Source: an uncultured Chloroflexia bacterium (lineage in GTDB: Bacteria > Chloroflexota > Limnocylindria > Limnocylindrales > CSP1-4). From it: DNA of 64,000 nt. The position numbers were made by a program, and so were the translations under genes. Below the pieces are notes generated by a model, which searched no databases, was not told the origin of the DNA, and saw only the letters and a list, made by a program, of their open reading frames with translations. The DNA lies in the NCBI GenBank assembly GCA_963837215.1, contig CAWIML010000009.1, positions 222,739 through 286,738 on the forward strand. The letters run 5' to 3'. This document shows positions 1 to 9,936 of the stretch, one piece after another. Positions within the stretch are counted from its first letter, which is position 1. Each line of letters begins with the position of its first letter.

Positions 1-100
1 ACCAGCCGCATCTCCAGTACGCCTTCGGTCACCGCCGCCTCCTCGCGATCCCGTTCGCCAGCTCGCCTACGTGCAGGCTAGCGTCCCGCCATCCTGGAGA

Positions 101-1384
101 TCATGCGGGCTCGACGTCTTGGTGGACGGGGCCGATCCCGGAGCCGAATGCCCCGTCTGCGCGCAGGCGCTCGATGGAGTCATCGTCGTACCCGAGCTCA
201 GCAAGGATCCCCCCTCGATCTCCATCCAGCGGCGGTCCCGGCCGGTAGGTGGGCTCGTAGCCGCTCATCGCCAGGGGAAGCCCGACGCTGCGGACGGATC
301 CGAACTGCGGGTGGTCGTACTCCGCCGACATCCCTCGAGCGCGCAGCTCGCTGAGCTCCAGCGCTTCCTCCAGCGAGCGCACGGGCGCGATCGGGATCCG
401 CCCGCGCAGGGCCGTCAGCCAGTCCGCCGTCGAACGCTCCGCGAACCTTGCGGAAAGGATCGGCAGCAACGAGTCGCGATGCCGCCCCCGCGCCTCGAAG
501 TCGATGAATCGGCGGTCATCGACGAGCTCCGGGAGCCCCATGCCGTCGACCAACGCGCGAAAGAACTTCTCCTTCGGCGTGGCGATCGCGATGTGGCCAT
601 CCGCCGTCGCAAAGAACTGGAAGGGGACGACGGTCGGGTGCCCGGACATCGACTGGCGCTCCGTCCGGAAGCCGCTCGAGAGGAACCACGTTGCCGGGTA
701 GCTGAGCATGGCGAGCGCGGAGTCGTACAGGTTCGTGTCGACATCTCGGCCTATCCCGGTCCGTCGCGCGTCGAAGAGCGCGACCATCAGGCCAAGTGCT
801 GCGGTCAGCCCGGCGACGTAATCGGCGAGGGACAGGCCGCTCTTCGTCGGGGGACCATCAGGTGCGCCGGTGAGGGCTGCCCAGCCTGACTCCGCCTGGA
901 TGAGCGCGTCATAACCCGGCAGGCGTGCCGCGTCGCCGTGTCGACCGTAGCCCGAGATGGTCACGCAGACGATGGCCGGATTGATCGGGCCGAGCGCGGC
1001 GTACGTCAGCCCCAGCCGCTCCGGTTGATCACCGCGCAGGTTGCTGAAGACGGCGTCGGACGAACTCACCAATCGCTCGAGAACGGCGCGACCCGCCGAC
1101 GACTTGAGATCGAGCGCGATGCTGCGCTTGCCGCGGTTAAAGGCTTCGAAGAAGAGGCTATCGGTGCCGACTCGTCCAGGAGGGATGTAGCGCGAGACGT
1201 CGCCGCCGGTCCCTGGATCCTCGATCTTGATGATCTCGGCGCCCAGGTCGGCGAGGTAGAGAGTCCCGAAGGGTCCCGCACCATACTGCTCGATGGCGAC
1301 GACCCGGACGCCGGCGAGCGGGGCGGATCGGGCCGCGTGCGGTGGACGCGATGCCTCCGGGACGACGTCGGAATCGGGTGGCAT
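101..1384 (-). CDS. CoA-transferase family III (CaiB/BaiF-like) protein
   Basis: 427-aa ORF. N-terminal GVRVVAIEQYGAGPFGTLYLADLGAEIIKIEDP and RGKRSIALDLK blocks are typical of class III acyl-CoA transferases. GGAGG lies about 4 nt upstream of the ATG at 1384. Confidence 0.85.
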   Translation of the reverse strand: MPPDSDVVPEASRPPHAARSAPLAGVRVVAIEQYGAGPFGTLYLADLGAEIIKIEDPGTGGDVSRYIPPGRVGTDSLFFEAFNRGKRSIALDLKSSAGRAVLERLVSSSDAVFSNLRGDQPERLGLTYAALGPINPAIVCVTISGYGRHGDAARLPGYDALIQAESGWAALTGAPDGPPTKSGLSLADYVAGLTAALGLMVALFDARRTGIGRDVDTNLYDSALAMLSYPATWFLSSGFRTERQSMSGHPTVVPFQFFATADGHIAIATPKEKFFRALVDGMGLPELVDDRRFIDFEARGRHRDSLLPILSARFAERSTADWLTALRGRIPIAPVRSLEEALELSELRARGMSAEYDHPQFGSVRSVGLPLAMSGYEPTYRPGPPLDGDRGGILAELGYDDDSIERLRADGAFGSGIGPVHQDVEPA

Positions 1385-1419
1385 ACGCCTCCGTGTTGAC
1401 GGTCATGGGGTGCGGACCC

Positions 1420-1449
1420 TTGGCGAGCGGTACCGTTTCCAGTTACGAT
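1420..1449 (+). promoter_or_regulatory. Candidate promoter (TTGGCG-18 nt-TACGAT) with operator-like CGGTACCGTTTCCAGT (1428..1443) in the spacer
   Basis: In the divergent gap between the CoA-transferase (start 1384) and enolase (start 1522) genes. The operator core is identical to 13154..13169. Confidence 0.5.
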
Positions 1450-1521
1450 TGCCGCTCGAATGGTCGCACCCCCGTCGCGCGTCCGTCAACCGGCCATGCC
1501 TCCGCCCAGAGGTCCCATCGG

Positions 1522-2661
1522 ATGCCCTTGAAGATCGAGTCCATCGAGACGATCCCCATCCGCGTCCCGCTGCCGTTCACCTACAAGGGCAGCTATTACA
1601 AGATGCGTAACCGGTGCACGATCATCACCCGCATACGCACTTCCGAGGGGATCGTCGGTGAGGCATACAACGCCGACGAAGACGAGCCGCTCCAGTCGGA
1701 GATCCTGTCGATCCTGCACGAGGAGCTGGCTCCGCTGGTCATCGGACTCGACGCCTTCTCCACCGAGCGGGTCTGGGAGGCGATGCTGCCGGTCACGTTC
1801 GACCAGCTCCGACCGCGCTGGTACGCCATGCAGGCGATGGCGTGCATCGACACGGCCGTCTGGGACGCCGTCGGCAAGGCGCTCGGGCAGCCGCTCTGGC
1901 GACTGTGGGGCGGATACCGCGATCGGCTCCCGATGATCGGGATCGGCGGCTACTACATCCCCGACGACGAGAGCTCCAAGGGCCAGGAGATCGAGCGCGA
2001 GATCGACTTCTTCCAGTCAGAGCATGGCATGGTCGGCATGAAGTTCAAGATCGGCGCCGAACCACCGCCGGTGGACGCGGCCCGGATGGCGCGGGCCCGA
2101 CGTCATGCGGGCGACGACTTCCTGTTCGTCGTCGACGCCAACCAGGGCTATACGGTGAGCGAGGCCCTGGACTTCGTGGCGGCAGTCCGCGCTGAGGGGA
2201 TCGCCATCCGGTGGTTCGAGGAACCTACCCGCTGGCATGCCGACTTCCGTGGCCTGCGCGATGTCCGCATGCGCGGCAACGTGGATGTAGCCGCGGGCCA
2301 GAGCGAGATCAGCCGTGTGGGCATGCGCGAGATGATGGCAGCCGGCGCCATCGATGTCTGCAACTACGATGCGTCATGGGGTGGCGGTCCAACGGAGTGG
2401 CGACGGATCGCCGCCCTTGCCGCCTCGTTCGACGTGCAGCTCGGCCACCACGAGGAGGCCCAGGTGGCCTCCCACCTCCTCGCTTCGCAGCCCCATGGCA
2501 CCTACGTCGAGGCCTTCTCGCCGGCGCGTGATCCCATCTTCTGGACGATGATCGAAAACCGCCCCGCGCTCATCGATGGCCAGTTCCCGTTGTCCGATCG
2601 CCCCGGCCTGGGGTGGATCCTGGACGAGGCATTCATCGGGCGCCATCGCGTCGATCGTTAG
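1522..2661 (+). CDS. Enolase-superfamily (mandelate racemase/muconate lactonizing type) acid-sugar dehydratase-like protein
   Basis: Start taken at internal ATG 1522 (MPLKIESIETIPIRVPL); the track extension back to 1342 covers the divergent promoter/operator. Motifs seen: KFKIG, VVDANQGY, WFEEP, AAGQSE. Close paralog of 9937..11118. Confidence 0.85.
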   Translation: MPLKIESIETIPIRVPLPFTYKGSYYKMRNRCTIITRIRTSEGIVGEAYNADEDEPLQSEILSILHEELAPLVIGLDAFSTERVWEAMLPVTFDQLRPRWYAMQAMACIDTAVWDAVGKALGQPLWRLWGGYRDRLPMIGIGGYYIPDDESSKGQEIEREIDFFQSEHGMVGMKFKIGAEPPPVDAARMARARRHAGDDFLFVVDANQGYTVSEALDFVAAVRAEGIAIRWFEEPTRWHADFRGLRDVRMRGNVDVAAGQSEISRVGMREMMAAGAIDVCNYDASWGGGPTEWRRIAALAASFDVQLGHHEEAQVASHLLASQPHGTYVEAFSPARDPIFWTMIENRPALIDGQFPLSDRPGLGWILDEAFIGRHRVDR

Positions 2662-3740
2662 CCCAGCCTCGCGCGCTCTTGCAACGGGACCCATGGCGGA
2701 GGTCGGTCCCCGAGCCACGGTGCGACCGGCGGCAGGTCACCCGGACGGTGGACTCCGGGCGGTGCTGCGATGGCCCGCGGGAGTCCGTTGACGATCATGG
2801 CGGCCGTGGACAGCAACGCCCGGCAGCCGGGCTCGACGCGGACCTTGAGGCTGTGTCTGCCCTCGAGCTCGATCTCGTCGACCGGTGACAGGCCGGCCGC
2901 GGTCGGGTCGACGTGCAGGGTCATCGAGATGTCGAGCCATGGCCGACCTTCGAACCAGCCGATGGCGCGTTGCTCCGCGCCGGCCGTTCGTCCCGGCATC
3001 ACCACGGCGCCATCGGGCAGCGTCAGCGGTCGGAGGGCGAGGATCGGTTCAGAGACGACCTCGATGCGCTCGAGTTCGCGACCCATCGACGTGGCCAGGA
3101 TGCGTAGGCTCTCCGGAAAGCCGGCATGCCCGACGACAGTCCCGTCTGCGATCCCGACTCGGAACGCGTCGGGCGCGAGATCGATGCCCAGGGACGACCG
3201 GACACGGGGTCCGAATCCGCTGACATCCACCACACGCCTGGCGCGCAGGCCCTGGACGTCCCATGCCAGGCCGGACAGGGTGAGCGGCCAGACATCAAGC
3301 ACGAAACCGGGATTGGCCCCGGTCGCCACGATCGGGATGCTGTGGGTGGACGCCAGCTCGATGATGCGATCGGCCGCCTCGGAGTCGCCGCTCCGGATGA
3401 ATGCCAGATCCTCCGCCGTGCAGACGATCGGCGTCCCAGTCGACGCGACTGTGGCCAGCACCGGCAGGACATCGACGAGGTGGGTGGAGGTCGCGACGAC
3501 GGCCACGTCCGGGTAGGTCGTGCGCATCGTCCCGATCAGGTCCGTGGAGCAGCGCAGCTCTGCCGGTGCGCCGGCGACGCGCTTCGAGGCGGCCTCTCCG
3601 TCGCGCTCGGGTGAGCGCACCACGATCGCCACGACCTCCAGCCAAGGTCGCGTGAGGGCCAGCTCGAGGACGGCCTGATTGGTCTTACCGAAGCCGACCA
3701 GCACGGCCCGGACGAGTCGAGCCATCACCGTCTGAACCAA
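2658..3740 (-). CDS. NAD(P)-binding oxidoreductase, DapB / amine-dehydrogenase-like (function uncertain)
   Basis: 360-aa ORF with an N-terminal Rossmann-like VLVGFGKTNQAVLE segment. It is the last gene of the minus-strand ABC operon, 8 nt after the ATPase stop. Confidence 0.5.
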   Translation of the reverse strand: MVQTVMARLVRAVLVGFGKTNQAVLELALTRPWLEVVAIVVRSPERDGEAASKRVAGAPAELRCSTDLIGTMRTTYPDVAVVATSTHLVDVLPVLATVASTGTPIVCTAEDLAFIRSGDSEAADRIIELASTHSIPIVATGANPGFVLDVWPLTLSGLAWDVQGLRARRVVDVSGFGPRVRSSLGIDLAPDAFRVGIADGTVVGHAGFPESLRILATSMGRELERIEVVSEPILALRPLTLPDGAVVMPGRTAGAEQRAIGWFEGRPWLDISMTLHVDPTAAGLSPVDEIELEGRHSLKVRVEPGCRALLSTAAMIVNGLPRAIAAPPGVHRPGDLPPVAPWLGDRPPPWVPLQERARLG

Positions 3741-3747
3741 GACCAGG

Positions 3748-5289
3748 TCAAGTGGTTGCTGGCACGGCGCCGTGCCGTTCGAGGCGCGTCACGGCCCTCG
3801 CCAGCGCCTCGACGTCCGGATGCTCCATGACGATCAGGGGTTGGGACAGGCGGCCATCCGAGACGACGTAGACGAAGTCCGCGACCTCGAAGGCCTCCGG
3901 GACCTCCGTGCAATAGATGATCACGGCGTGGCCCTGGCTTGCGTACTCGCGCATGAGTCGGTAGATCTCGCGCTTCGAGCCGACGTCCACACCTCGCGTC
4001 GGCTCCTCCAGGACGAGCACCTCGGGACGCTTGACGATGGCGGCCGCGATCGCGACCTTCTGCTGGTTGCCGCCCGACAGTGAGCGGATCGGCAGGTGGA
4101 CCGATGTCGCTACGACCTGGAAACGGTCCTGCAGCGCGAGCGCGATCCTGAGCATGCGGCCGCGCCGCAGGGCGCCGCCGGCGGAGGTGATCTCACGACC
4201 AAGGCGACTGACCATGTTGTCGCCGATGGTGAGGTTGGCGAACAAGCTCGTCTGACGATCAGCGGGCACGAGGCCGGTGCCTGAGGCGCCCGCGGATCGG
4301 CCCGTCCGTCCGGCCACTTCGATGTGCCCCGACCCGCGGTCGAAGCCGGCGACGGAGCGGACGAGTTCGCGCGCTCCCGACCCTTCCACGCCCACGATGG
4401 CCACGATCTCGCCGACTCGGACGTGCAGGTCGATGCCACGGAACTCGTGCTCACCGTAGGTCCAGTCCGTGAGGCGGAGGGCCGTCGCCGCCCCCTCGCC
4501 CAGGTGGACGACGATCTGCTCGTCCGATTGTCGGGCGGCCTGGCCGGTGACCAGTCCGGCCGCGATGCCCTCCTGCGTCAACGCGTCCCCGTCGAGGAGC
4601 GTGGTGCACACGCCGTCCAAGATCAGCGCCACGCGGTCGGCGTGCTGGGCGAGCTCCGCGATCCGGTGTGAGACGAGCAGGACGACCTTGCCGGCGTCGG
4701 CCAGGAGGTGCATCCGCCGGAACAAGTCGACGGATTCCTCCTGGGTCAGTGCCGAGTTCGGCTCGTCGAACAAGAAGACGTGAGCATCGCGGGCCAGCGC
4801 GCGGCCGATCTCGACTCGCTGCTGGATGGAGAGTGGCACGCCCCCGAGCGGACGGTCTGCGTAGCCGAGGATCGCCAGGTCGTCCATCAGGGAGCGTTCC
4901 TGCGCGTCGAGCCTGCGGACCAAGGCGCGCGTCCCCTCGCGCCCGACCATGACGTTCTCGGCGACGGACAGGTTGGGGAACAGCTGCGGCTCCTGATGGA
5001 CGACCGCGACGCGATCGCGGTCGGTCGCCGTATCCCAGGCGCGCCCGCCGAGCTCGATCTCCCCGGAGTCGGCGGTTGCCTCGCCGGCCAGGATCTTGAT
5101 GAGCGTGCTCTTGCCGGCACCGTTCGGTCCAGCCACGCCGAGGATCTCGCCTGGCGCCGCATCCAGGTCCAGTCCATCCAGCGCCCGGGTATCGCCATAC
5201 CACTTGCGGAGGCCACGGATCCGCAGCCACAGATCCATCGTCGCACCGTCGGCGGCCTCGATGGTCACTGCTGATGCCGCTTCACTCAT
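3748..5289 (-). CDS. Sugar ABC transporter ATP-binding protein (two fused ATPase domains)
   Basis: Walker A GPNGAGKST plus a second P-loop GVEGSGAREL. Signature LSGGNQQKV. ATGA overlap with the permease stop. Confidence 0.9.
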   Translation of the reverse strand: MSEAASAVTIEAADGATMDLWLRIRGLRKWYGDTRALDGLDLDAAPGEILGVAGPNGAGKSTLIKILAGEATADSGEIELGGRAWDTATDRDRVAVVHQEPQLFPNLSVAENVMVGREGTRALVRRLDAQERSLMDDLAILGYADRPLGGVPLSIQQRVEIGRALARDAHVFLFDEPNSALTQEESVDLFRRMHLLADAGKVVLLVSHRIAELAQHADRVALILDGVCTTLLDGDALTQEGIAAGLVTGQAARQSDEQIVVHLGEGAATALRLTDWTYGEHEFRGIDLHVRVGEIVAIVGVEGSGARELVRSVAGFDRGSGHIEVAGRTGRSAGASGTGLVPADRQTSLFANLTIGDNMVSRLGREITSAGGALRRGRMLRIALALQDRFQVVATSVHLPIRSLSGGNQQKVAIAAAIVKRPEVLVLEEPTRGVDVGSKREIYRLMREYASQGHAVIIYCTEVPEAFEVADFVYVVSDGRLSQPLIVMEHPDVEALARAVTRLERHGAVPATT

Positions 5290-6353
5290 CGTCGGAACGT
5301 CTTCGTGTAGCGGTCAAGGACGACGGCTGCGATCGTCACAGCGCCCGACACGAAGTTGCTCAGATAGGAACCGGCGGACAGGAGTGCCAGGCCGTTGGCG
5401 ATGATCGCGATCAACAGCGCGCCGCTCAGCGTCCCGATCGCGGTTCCTCGCCCGCCCGACAGGCTCGCCCCGCCGATGATCACGGCCGCAAAGACAGGAA
5501 AGGTCAGGGACACGCCGGCATTCGGCTGGACCGAGCCGATGAACGAGAAATCCAGCATCGCCGCCAGCGCGGCCATCGACGCGCAGATGATGAACGCCGC
5601 GAACTTGTAGCGGGTGACGGGCAGTCGGGCGAGCTCGGCAGCGATCGCATTGCCACCGATGGCCTTGAGCCGGAAGCCGAAGAGCGATCGGCTGAGGATG
5701 AAGCCGATGATGATCGCCACGCCGATCATCCAGAGGGCTTGCATCGGCACACCGAATGGAAGGTCCTGATTGGAGAGTCCGAAAAACCACTCGATCTCGG
5801 GCCCGGGGACGACCTTGCCCGCCGGCGGGTACGCCGGATTCAGCGTGGCGGTGTTCGATACGAGCAGGGTCGTGCCAAAGACCAACTGACCGGTCCCGAG
5901 AGTCACGATGAACGATGGGATCTTGACCACCGTCACCAGGAAGGCATTGATGCAGCCGAGGGTGATGGCAGCACCCAGGGCGACCAGGATCGCCAGGTAG
6001 ATCGGCCAGCCCCATACGATCCAGGCCACGCCGATGAGGATGGAGGCCAGTCCGTACATATAGCCGAACGAGAGATCGATCTCGCCGACGACGATGACCA
6101 GGGTGAGCCCGAGCGCGACGATCGCGATCGTGCTCATCGATCGCGTCACGCCCAGGAAGTTCGTGATGGTCAGGAACGTGTTGGGCTTGCTGAGCAGGGT
6201 GAAGACGATGGCGACGATCACGATCGCGATGAGCAGGCCTCCGATCCGAAGGCCGATGGCAAGTGCTCGTCCCGACCACCGTTCGCCCGCTGACGCTGCG
6301 CCGCCGCCAGCACTCGGAGGTGTGGCTGGCAAACCCATGCCGTTGTCGGTCAT
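5286..6353 (-). CDS. Sugar ABC transporter permease (RbsC/AraH-type)
   Basis: 355-aa, highly hydrophobic multi-span protein with GGASLSGGRGT near the C-terminus, as in ribose/xylose-type permeases. Confidence 0.9.
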   Translation of the reverse strand: MTDNGMGLPATPPSAGGGAASAGERWSGRALAIGLRIGGLLIAIVIVAIVFTLLSKPNTFLTITNFLGVTRSMSTIAIVALGLTLVIVVGEIDLSFGYMYGLASILIGVAWIVWGWPIYLAILVALGAAITLGCINAFLVTVVKIPSFIVTLGTGQLVFGTTLLVSNTATLNPAYPPAGKVVPGPEIEWFFGLSNQDLPFGVPMQALWMIGVAIIIGFILSRSLFGFRLKAIGGNAIAAELARLPVTRYKFAAFIICASMAALAAMLDFSFIGSVQPNAGVSLTFPVFAAVIIGGASLSGGRGTAIGTLSGALLIAIIANGLALLSAGSYLSNFVSGAVTIAAVVLDRYTKTFRR

Positions 6354-6461
6354 CCCGTGCCCTGCTCCTCGATGTGTCGACGGGTGTGAGCGACGCGAAT
6401 GGGCCGGTCGTCGAGGTCGCCCTCGGCCGGCCGGCCCGCTCGGTTCAGCGTGGTCGGACGA

Positions 6462-7604
6462 TCAGCCCCCGGAGATCTTCATGAATTCCTCGCGGGCCGG
6501 GCCGACGTTCTCCTTGGTGACGGGCTTGAGGGTGTTCGTGTTCGGGAGGACGGTCCCGTTCTTGAGGAGCTCGGCGCAGCCGAGGGCTCCGAAACCTGCC
6601 TGGTCGCCCCACTGCTGGTCGAGAGCTACGATCTGCGTGCCCGCCTCCACGGCGTCGAGCTGACCGATGCTCACGTTCCAGCCGAGCGAATACATCTTGC
6701 CAGCATTGCCGGAGTCCGCGATGGCGCGGGCCGCGTGCTCACCGCCGATGTCGACGTTCTCGATGACCTGGACTTCCGGATTACCCTGGATGAACGCCTT
6801 GTAGGCGTCGTAGGTCCCCGCCGGATCGTACGAGGTCACCAACGCAGTCGTCGCATCATTCACGAAGACCGCGTCCGGAATGGCTGCCTTGATGCCGTCG
6901 ATGAAGCCCTGCATGCGGCCCTGCGCCCAGTTCTGGGTCGGGTCGCCGCCGGAGACGGCGAAGTTCTTGAAGTCGAGGTTGTTGGCCTTCATGTAGTCGA
7001 CCACGATGTCCGCGGCCTGGTGGCCTTCCTTGTCGGAGATCTGGGTGAAGTTCGTGAACTCGTTGCCGTTCGATTGGACGCCGACCGTGAACACGGGGAT
7101 GCCTGTGGCCATGATGTCGTTGACGATCTTCGTGAACGCGTCCGTTCCGGTCGACTGGACCGAGAGACAATCGATCTGGTCTGCCTTGAACAGCGCGTCG
7201 ATCTGGGCGATCTGCTCGTTGATGTCCTGGACAGCGGACGCCGGCGCGATGGCCTGTCCGTTCATCGGCAGGATCTTCTGCGCTTCTGGGAGCGTGCGAT
7301 CATAGCCGGCCTTGTACTGCGGCGAGAAGAGCGGGATCGCCGTCGACCCGTACGAGAACACATAGTTGATGGGCTCACCCTTGGCCAGCTTGTCAGCCAC
7401 ACGTGGGTTGAGCGTGAAGGTGGACCCGTCCTTGAGGGTAGCGGTGTACGGCAGCCCCGATGCGGCCGGGGATTCGGCGCTCGAGGCTGCTGGGGTAGCG
7501 GCGGCTCCGCTGGGCGTGGTCGAGGCTCCCGGGCTGGCGCAGGCCGCGATGAAGAGCGACCCCGCCGTCACCACCGCGAGTCCACTTCGTGATCCGAATC
7601 GCAT
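6462..7604 (-). CDS. Sugar ABC transporter substrate-binding lipoprotein
   Basis: Signal peptide with lipobox (LFIAAC) and an Ala/Ser/Pro linker, followed by a periplasmic-binding-protein type I-like sequence. First gene of the operon, behind the operator pair at 7666..7707. Confidence 0.85.
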   Translation of the reverse strand: MRFGSRSGLAVVTAGSLFIAACASPGASTTPSGAAATPAASSAESPAASGLPYTATLKDGSTFTLNPRVADKLAKGEPINYVFSYGSTAIPLFSPQYKAGYDRTLPEAQKILPMNGQAIAPASAVQDINEQIAQIDALFKADQIDCLSVQSTGTDAFTKIVNDIMATGIPVFTVGVQSNGNEFTNFTQISDKEGHQAADIVVDYMKANNLDFKNFAVSGGDPTQNWAQGRMQGFIDGIKAAIPDAVFVNDATTALVTSYDPAGTYDAYKAFIQGNPEVQVIENVDIGGEHAARAIADSGNAGKMYSLGWNVSIGQLDAVEAGTQIVALDQQWGDQAGFGALGCAELLKNGTVLPNTNTLKPVTKENVGPAREEFMKISGG

Positions 7605-7665
7605 CAGTCTGTCCTCCGTTTCGAGTAGTGGGTGAACGTCCCGCCCTCCTGCCAGACGTCCGGTT

Positions 7666-7707
7666 AGTATCGTTTCCAGCCCGGGTCGATGTCAACGTTA
7701 CTGGAAA
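7666..7707. promoter_or_regulatory. Two LacI-type operator-like sites (AGTATCGTTTCCAG and TCAACGTTACTGGAAA)
   Basis: Located in the 158-nt gap upstream of the SBP gene (start 7604). Both match the recurrent TGGWAACGWTWCCA-like motif with a central CG. Confidence 0.55.
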
Positions 7708-7762
7708 GGATTGCCGCTCAGGCACACCTGTCGAGCCTCTACCCGCCTGGGCCCGGCGATCA

Positions 7763-8506
7763 TCACCACATCACCAGGCCTCCACTGTAGTTGATGGCCT
7801 GCCCCGTCATGTAGCCGGCTTCGTCACTCAGCAGGAACCAGACGAGGCCCGCGCATTCGTCAGCCGAAGCCGACCGACCCAGGGGGACCGTCTTGTTCCT
7901 CGCCGTCGACAGTTCCGCCACCGTCATCCCGCGCTTGGCCGCTACGTCGGCCAGGACCCTGTCCTGCATCGGCGTATCGATGATCCCGGGACAGATGGCG
8001 TTGACGCGGACCGTGGCCGAGGCGAACGCGTATGCGAATGATCGGGTGATCGAGAGCACGGCCGTCTTGGACGACGCGTAGACGGCCGCTTCGGTCGTCG
8101 TCGCCAGCTTCGCCGACGACGAGGACAGGTTCACGATGGCGCCGCCGGGCGGCATCGTTCGCCCGATCCGCGACGTCAGGTCCCACGTGGCCTCGACGTT
8201 GATGGCGTAGATCTCACGGATGTCCTGGGTCGTGAATTCGAGGATCGGCTTGAGCCTGATGATCCCGGCGGCATTGACCAGGTAGTCGGCCCCGGCGCCC
8301 AGCGCCACGAGTCGATCGCGGTCAGATTCGGTGGCCAGGTCGCCCACCCATGGGGTCGCGCCGGCGTCGACGACCGGCGCCAGGCCGGCCTCGTTGATAT
8401 CGGCGCCGACGACCGACGCGCCCTCGCGCAGCAGACGGTGTGCGACGGCCTGACCGATCCCGCTCGCCGCACCCGTGACGATCGCCCGCTTGCCCGTGGC
8501 GCCCAT
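7763..8506 (-). CDS. SDR-family oxidoreductase
   Basis: Internal ATG at 8506 is preceded by GGAGG. TGAASGIGQA (TGxxxGxG) and YASSK (YxxxK) motifs are present. Confidence 0.85.
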   Translation of the reverse strand: MGATGKRAIVTGAASGIGQAVAHRLLREGASVVGADINEAGLAPVVDAGATPWVGDLATESDRDRLVALGAGADYLVNAAGIIRLKPILEFTTQDIREIYAINVEATWDLTSRIGRTMPPGGAIVNLSSSSAKLATTTEAAVYASSKTAVLSITRSFAYAFASATVRVNAICPGIIDTPMQDRVLADVAAKRGMTVAELSTARNKTVPLGRSASADECAGLVWFLLSDEAGYMTGQAINYSGGLVMW

Positions 8507-8528
8507 GACGACCTCCTCGTACCCTTCG

Positions 8529-9416
8529 TTACGGCCTGATGGCGATCGTTCCGCGGTAGAGCGGCATGCCCGCGACGCCGACGTCGACCCGCCACAACCG
8601 GCCATCCATCGGCGCCTGATCGGTCACTTCGGTGATGTCTCCGAAATCCGTGATGAGCAGGAAGCCCTGGTCGAAGACGCAGTTGAGTGGCACCCCGCCG
8701 GTCTCGAGGAAGTCCTTGGCGGTTCCGTCCGGGGCGAGGATGTCCACGCCACCCGCCATGAAAGCAGTCACCCACAGGTCGCCATCGGCGCCGATCTTGA
8801 GGCCGTCCGGCACGTGGCCCTCGGGCAGCTGGGCGATCTGTTCGGATGCGGCGCCGAGCCGCTTTCGGAAGACGCCTCGCTCATAGGACTCGACCCACAC
8901 GAGGGAGCCGTCCGGCTCTGCCACGATGCCATTCGGGTAGGCGTCAGGGATCTCCTCGAGGAGCTCGCCTGACCCGTCCGCGTTCAACGCGAAGAGCCGC
9001 CCGGGTCGGCGGTCGTTCGGCAGATAGTCGGCCGGGTCGGTGAAGTACAGGCGCCCATCCCGCCCGAACGTCAGGTCGTTGGGCGCCTGCAGGGGAACGC
9101 CGTCGACGGCGGCGGTCACCTCTTCGACTCGACCGTCCGGCCAGACCCTCTGGATGGAGGGCCGGCCCATGACCTCTGCCCGCCAGGCACCCACCGTGCC
9201 GCCGTTCTGGGTGACATAGAGGGCGCCATCGCTGCCGAGCATGCAAGCATTCGGCCCGCCCCCGCAATCGGCGTAGGTATGGAGCCCGCGCTCCGCCGAC
9301 CAGGCGATGATCTTGCTGGTGTATGTCTCGACCATCACGACGCGCCCATCGGGCAGGATGTCCGGTCCCTCGGGGTGTCCGAGTCCACTCGCGAGCGTCT
9401 CGATCGATCTCCGCAT
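8529..9416 (-). CDS. SMP-30/gluconolactonase/LRE-family lactonase-like protein
   Basis: 295-aa ORF with beta-propeller-like repeats (PEGP...DG, NDLTFGRDGRLYFTD, PNGIV..PDG). GGAGGA RBS. Confidence 0.8.
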   Translation of the reverse strand: MRRSIETLASGLGHPEGPDILPDGRVVMVETYTSKIIAWSAERGLHTYADCGGGPNACMLGSDGALYVTQNGGTVGAWRAEVMGRPSIQRVWPDGRVEEVTAAVDGVPLQAPNDLTFGRDGRLYFTDPADYLPNDRRPGRLFALNADGSGELLEEIPDAYPNGIVAEPDGSLVWVESYERGVFRKRLGAASEQIAQLPEGHVPDGLKIGADGDLWVTAFMAGGVDILAPDGTAKDFLETGGVPLNCVFDQGFLLITDFGDITEVTDQAPMDGRLWRVDVGVAGMPLYRGTIAIRP

Positions 9417-9467
9417 TGGGTCCTCCCACGAGCTGGCCTGGGGATCTGCTGATGGCTCCGCTGGCTG

Positions 9468-9923
9468 TCAGGCGCCCAGTCGCTTCTGGAACAGCTCCAC
9501 CGCGTAGCCGTCCGGGTCGATCATGTAACAGCTGCGCGCACCGAGATTGGGCCCTGCGGTGATCTCCACGATGTGCTCCGATCGGGCGACGAAGCCAAGC
9601 GCCGCCAGTCGGGCATGCATCGCCTGCACGTCGTCGACGTAGAGGCACAGGTGACCGGCGCCGTAGTCGCATGGTCGCGAGATGGCCGGCAGGCGCTCGA
9701 TGCCCACGAACTCGAGCAACTCGACGAAGCCACCACCGGGGATGCGCAGGTAGACCGCCCGGATATGGTCGAACTCGAGGCCCAGCACCGTCTTGAGGTA
9801 GGGCGCGTCCAGGATCCGGTCGAACTCCAGCTCGAGACCGAGCCCATCGCGGTAGAAGACGAGGCTTCGGCCCATCTCGTGAACGGTGATGCCACCGTGA
9901 AAGAAGCCCGTGACCGCGGCCAT
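9468..9923 (-). CDS. VOC (glyoxalase/bleomycin-resistance/dioxygenase) family protein
   Basis: 151 aa from ATG 9923, with GGAGGA 7 nt upstream. HGGITVHEM...GAGHLCLYVDD...IDPDGYAVEL is typical VOC. The longer track ORF (to 10544) is antisense to the enolase gene. Confidence 0.8.
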   Translation of the reverse strand: MAAVTGFFHGGITVHEMGRSLVFYRDGLGLELEFDRILDAPYLKTVLGLEFDHIRAVYLRIPGGGFVELLEFVGIERLPAISRPCDYGAGHLCLYVDDVQAMHARLAALGFVARSEHIVEITAGPNLGARSCYMIDPDGYAVELFQKRLGA

Positions 9924-9936
9924 CGGTCGATCCTCC

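Noticed and set aside
1-32. Possible 5' end of a minus-strand gene leaving the window (GAGGAGG then GTG at about 32)
   Set aside because: Only about 10 codons are visible, which is too little to support a call.
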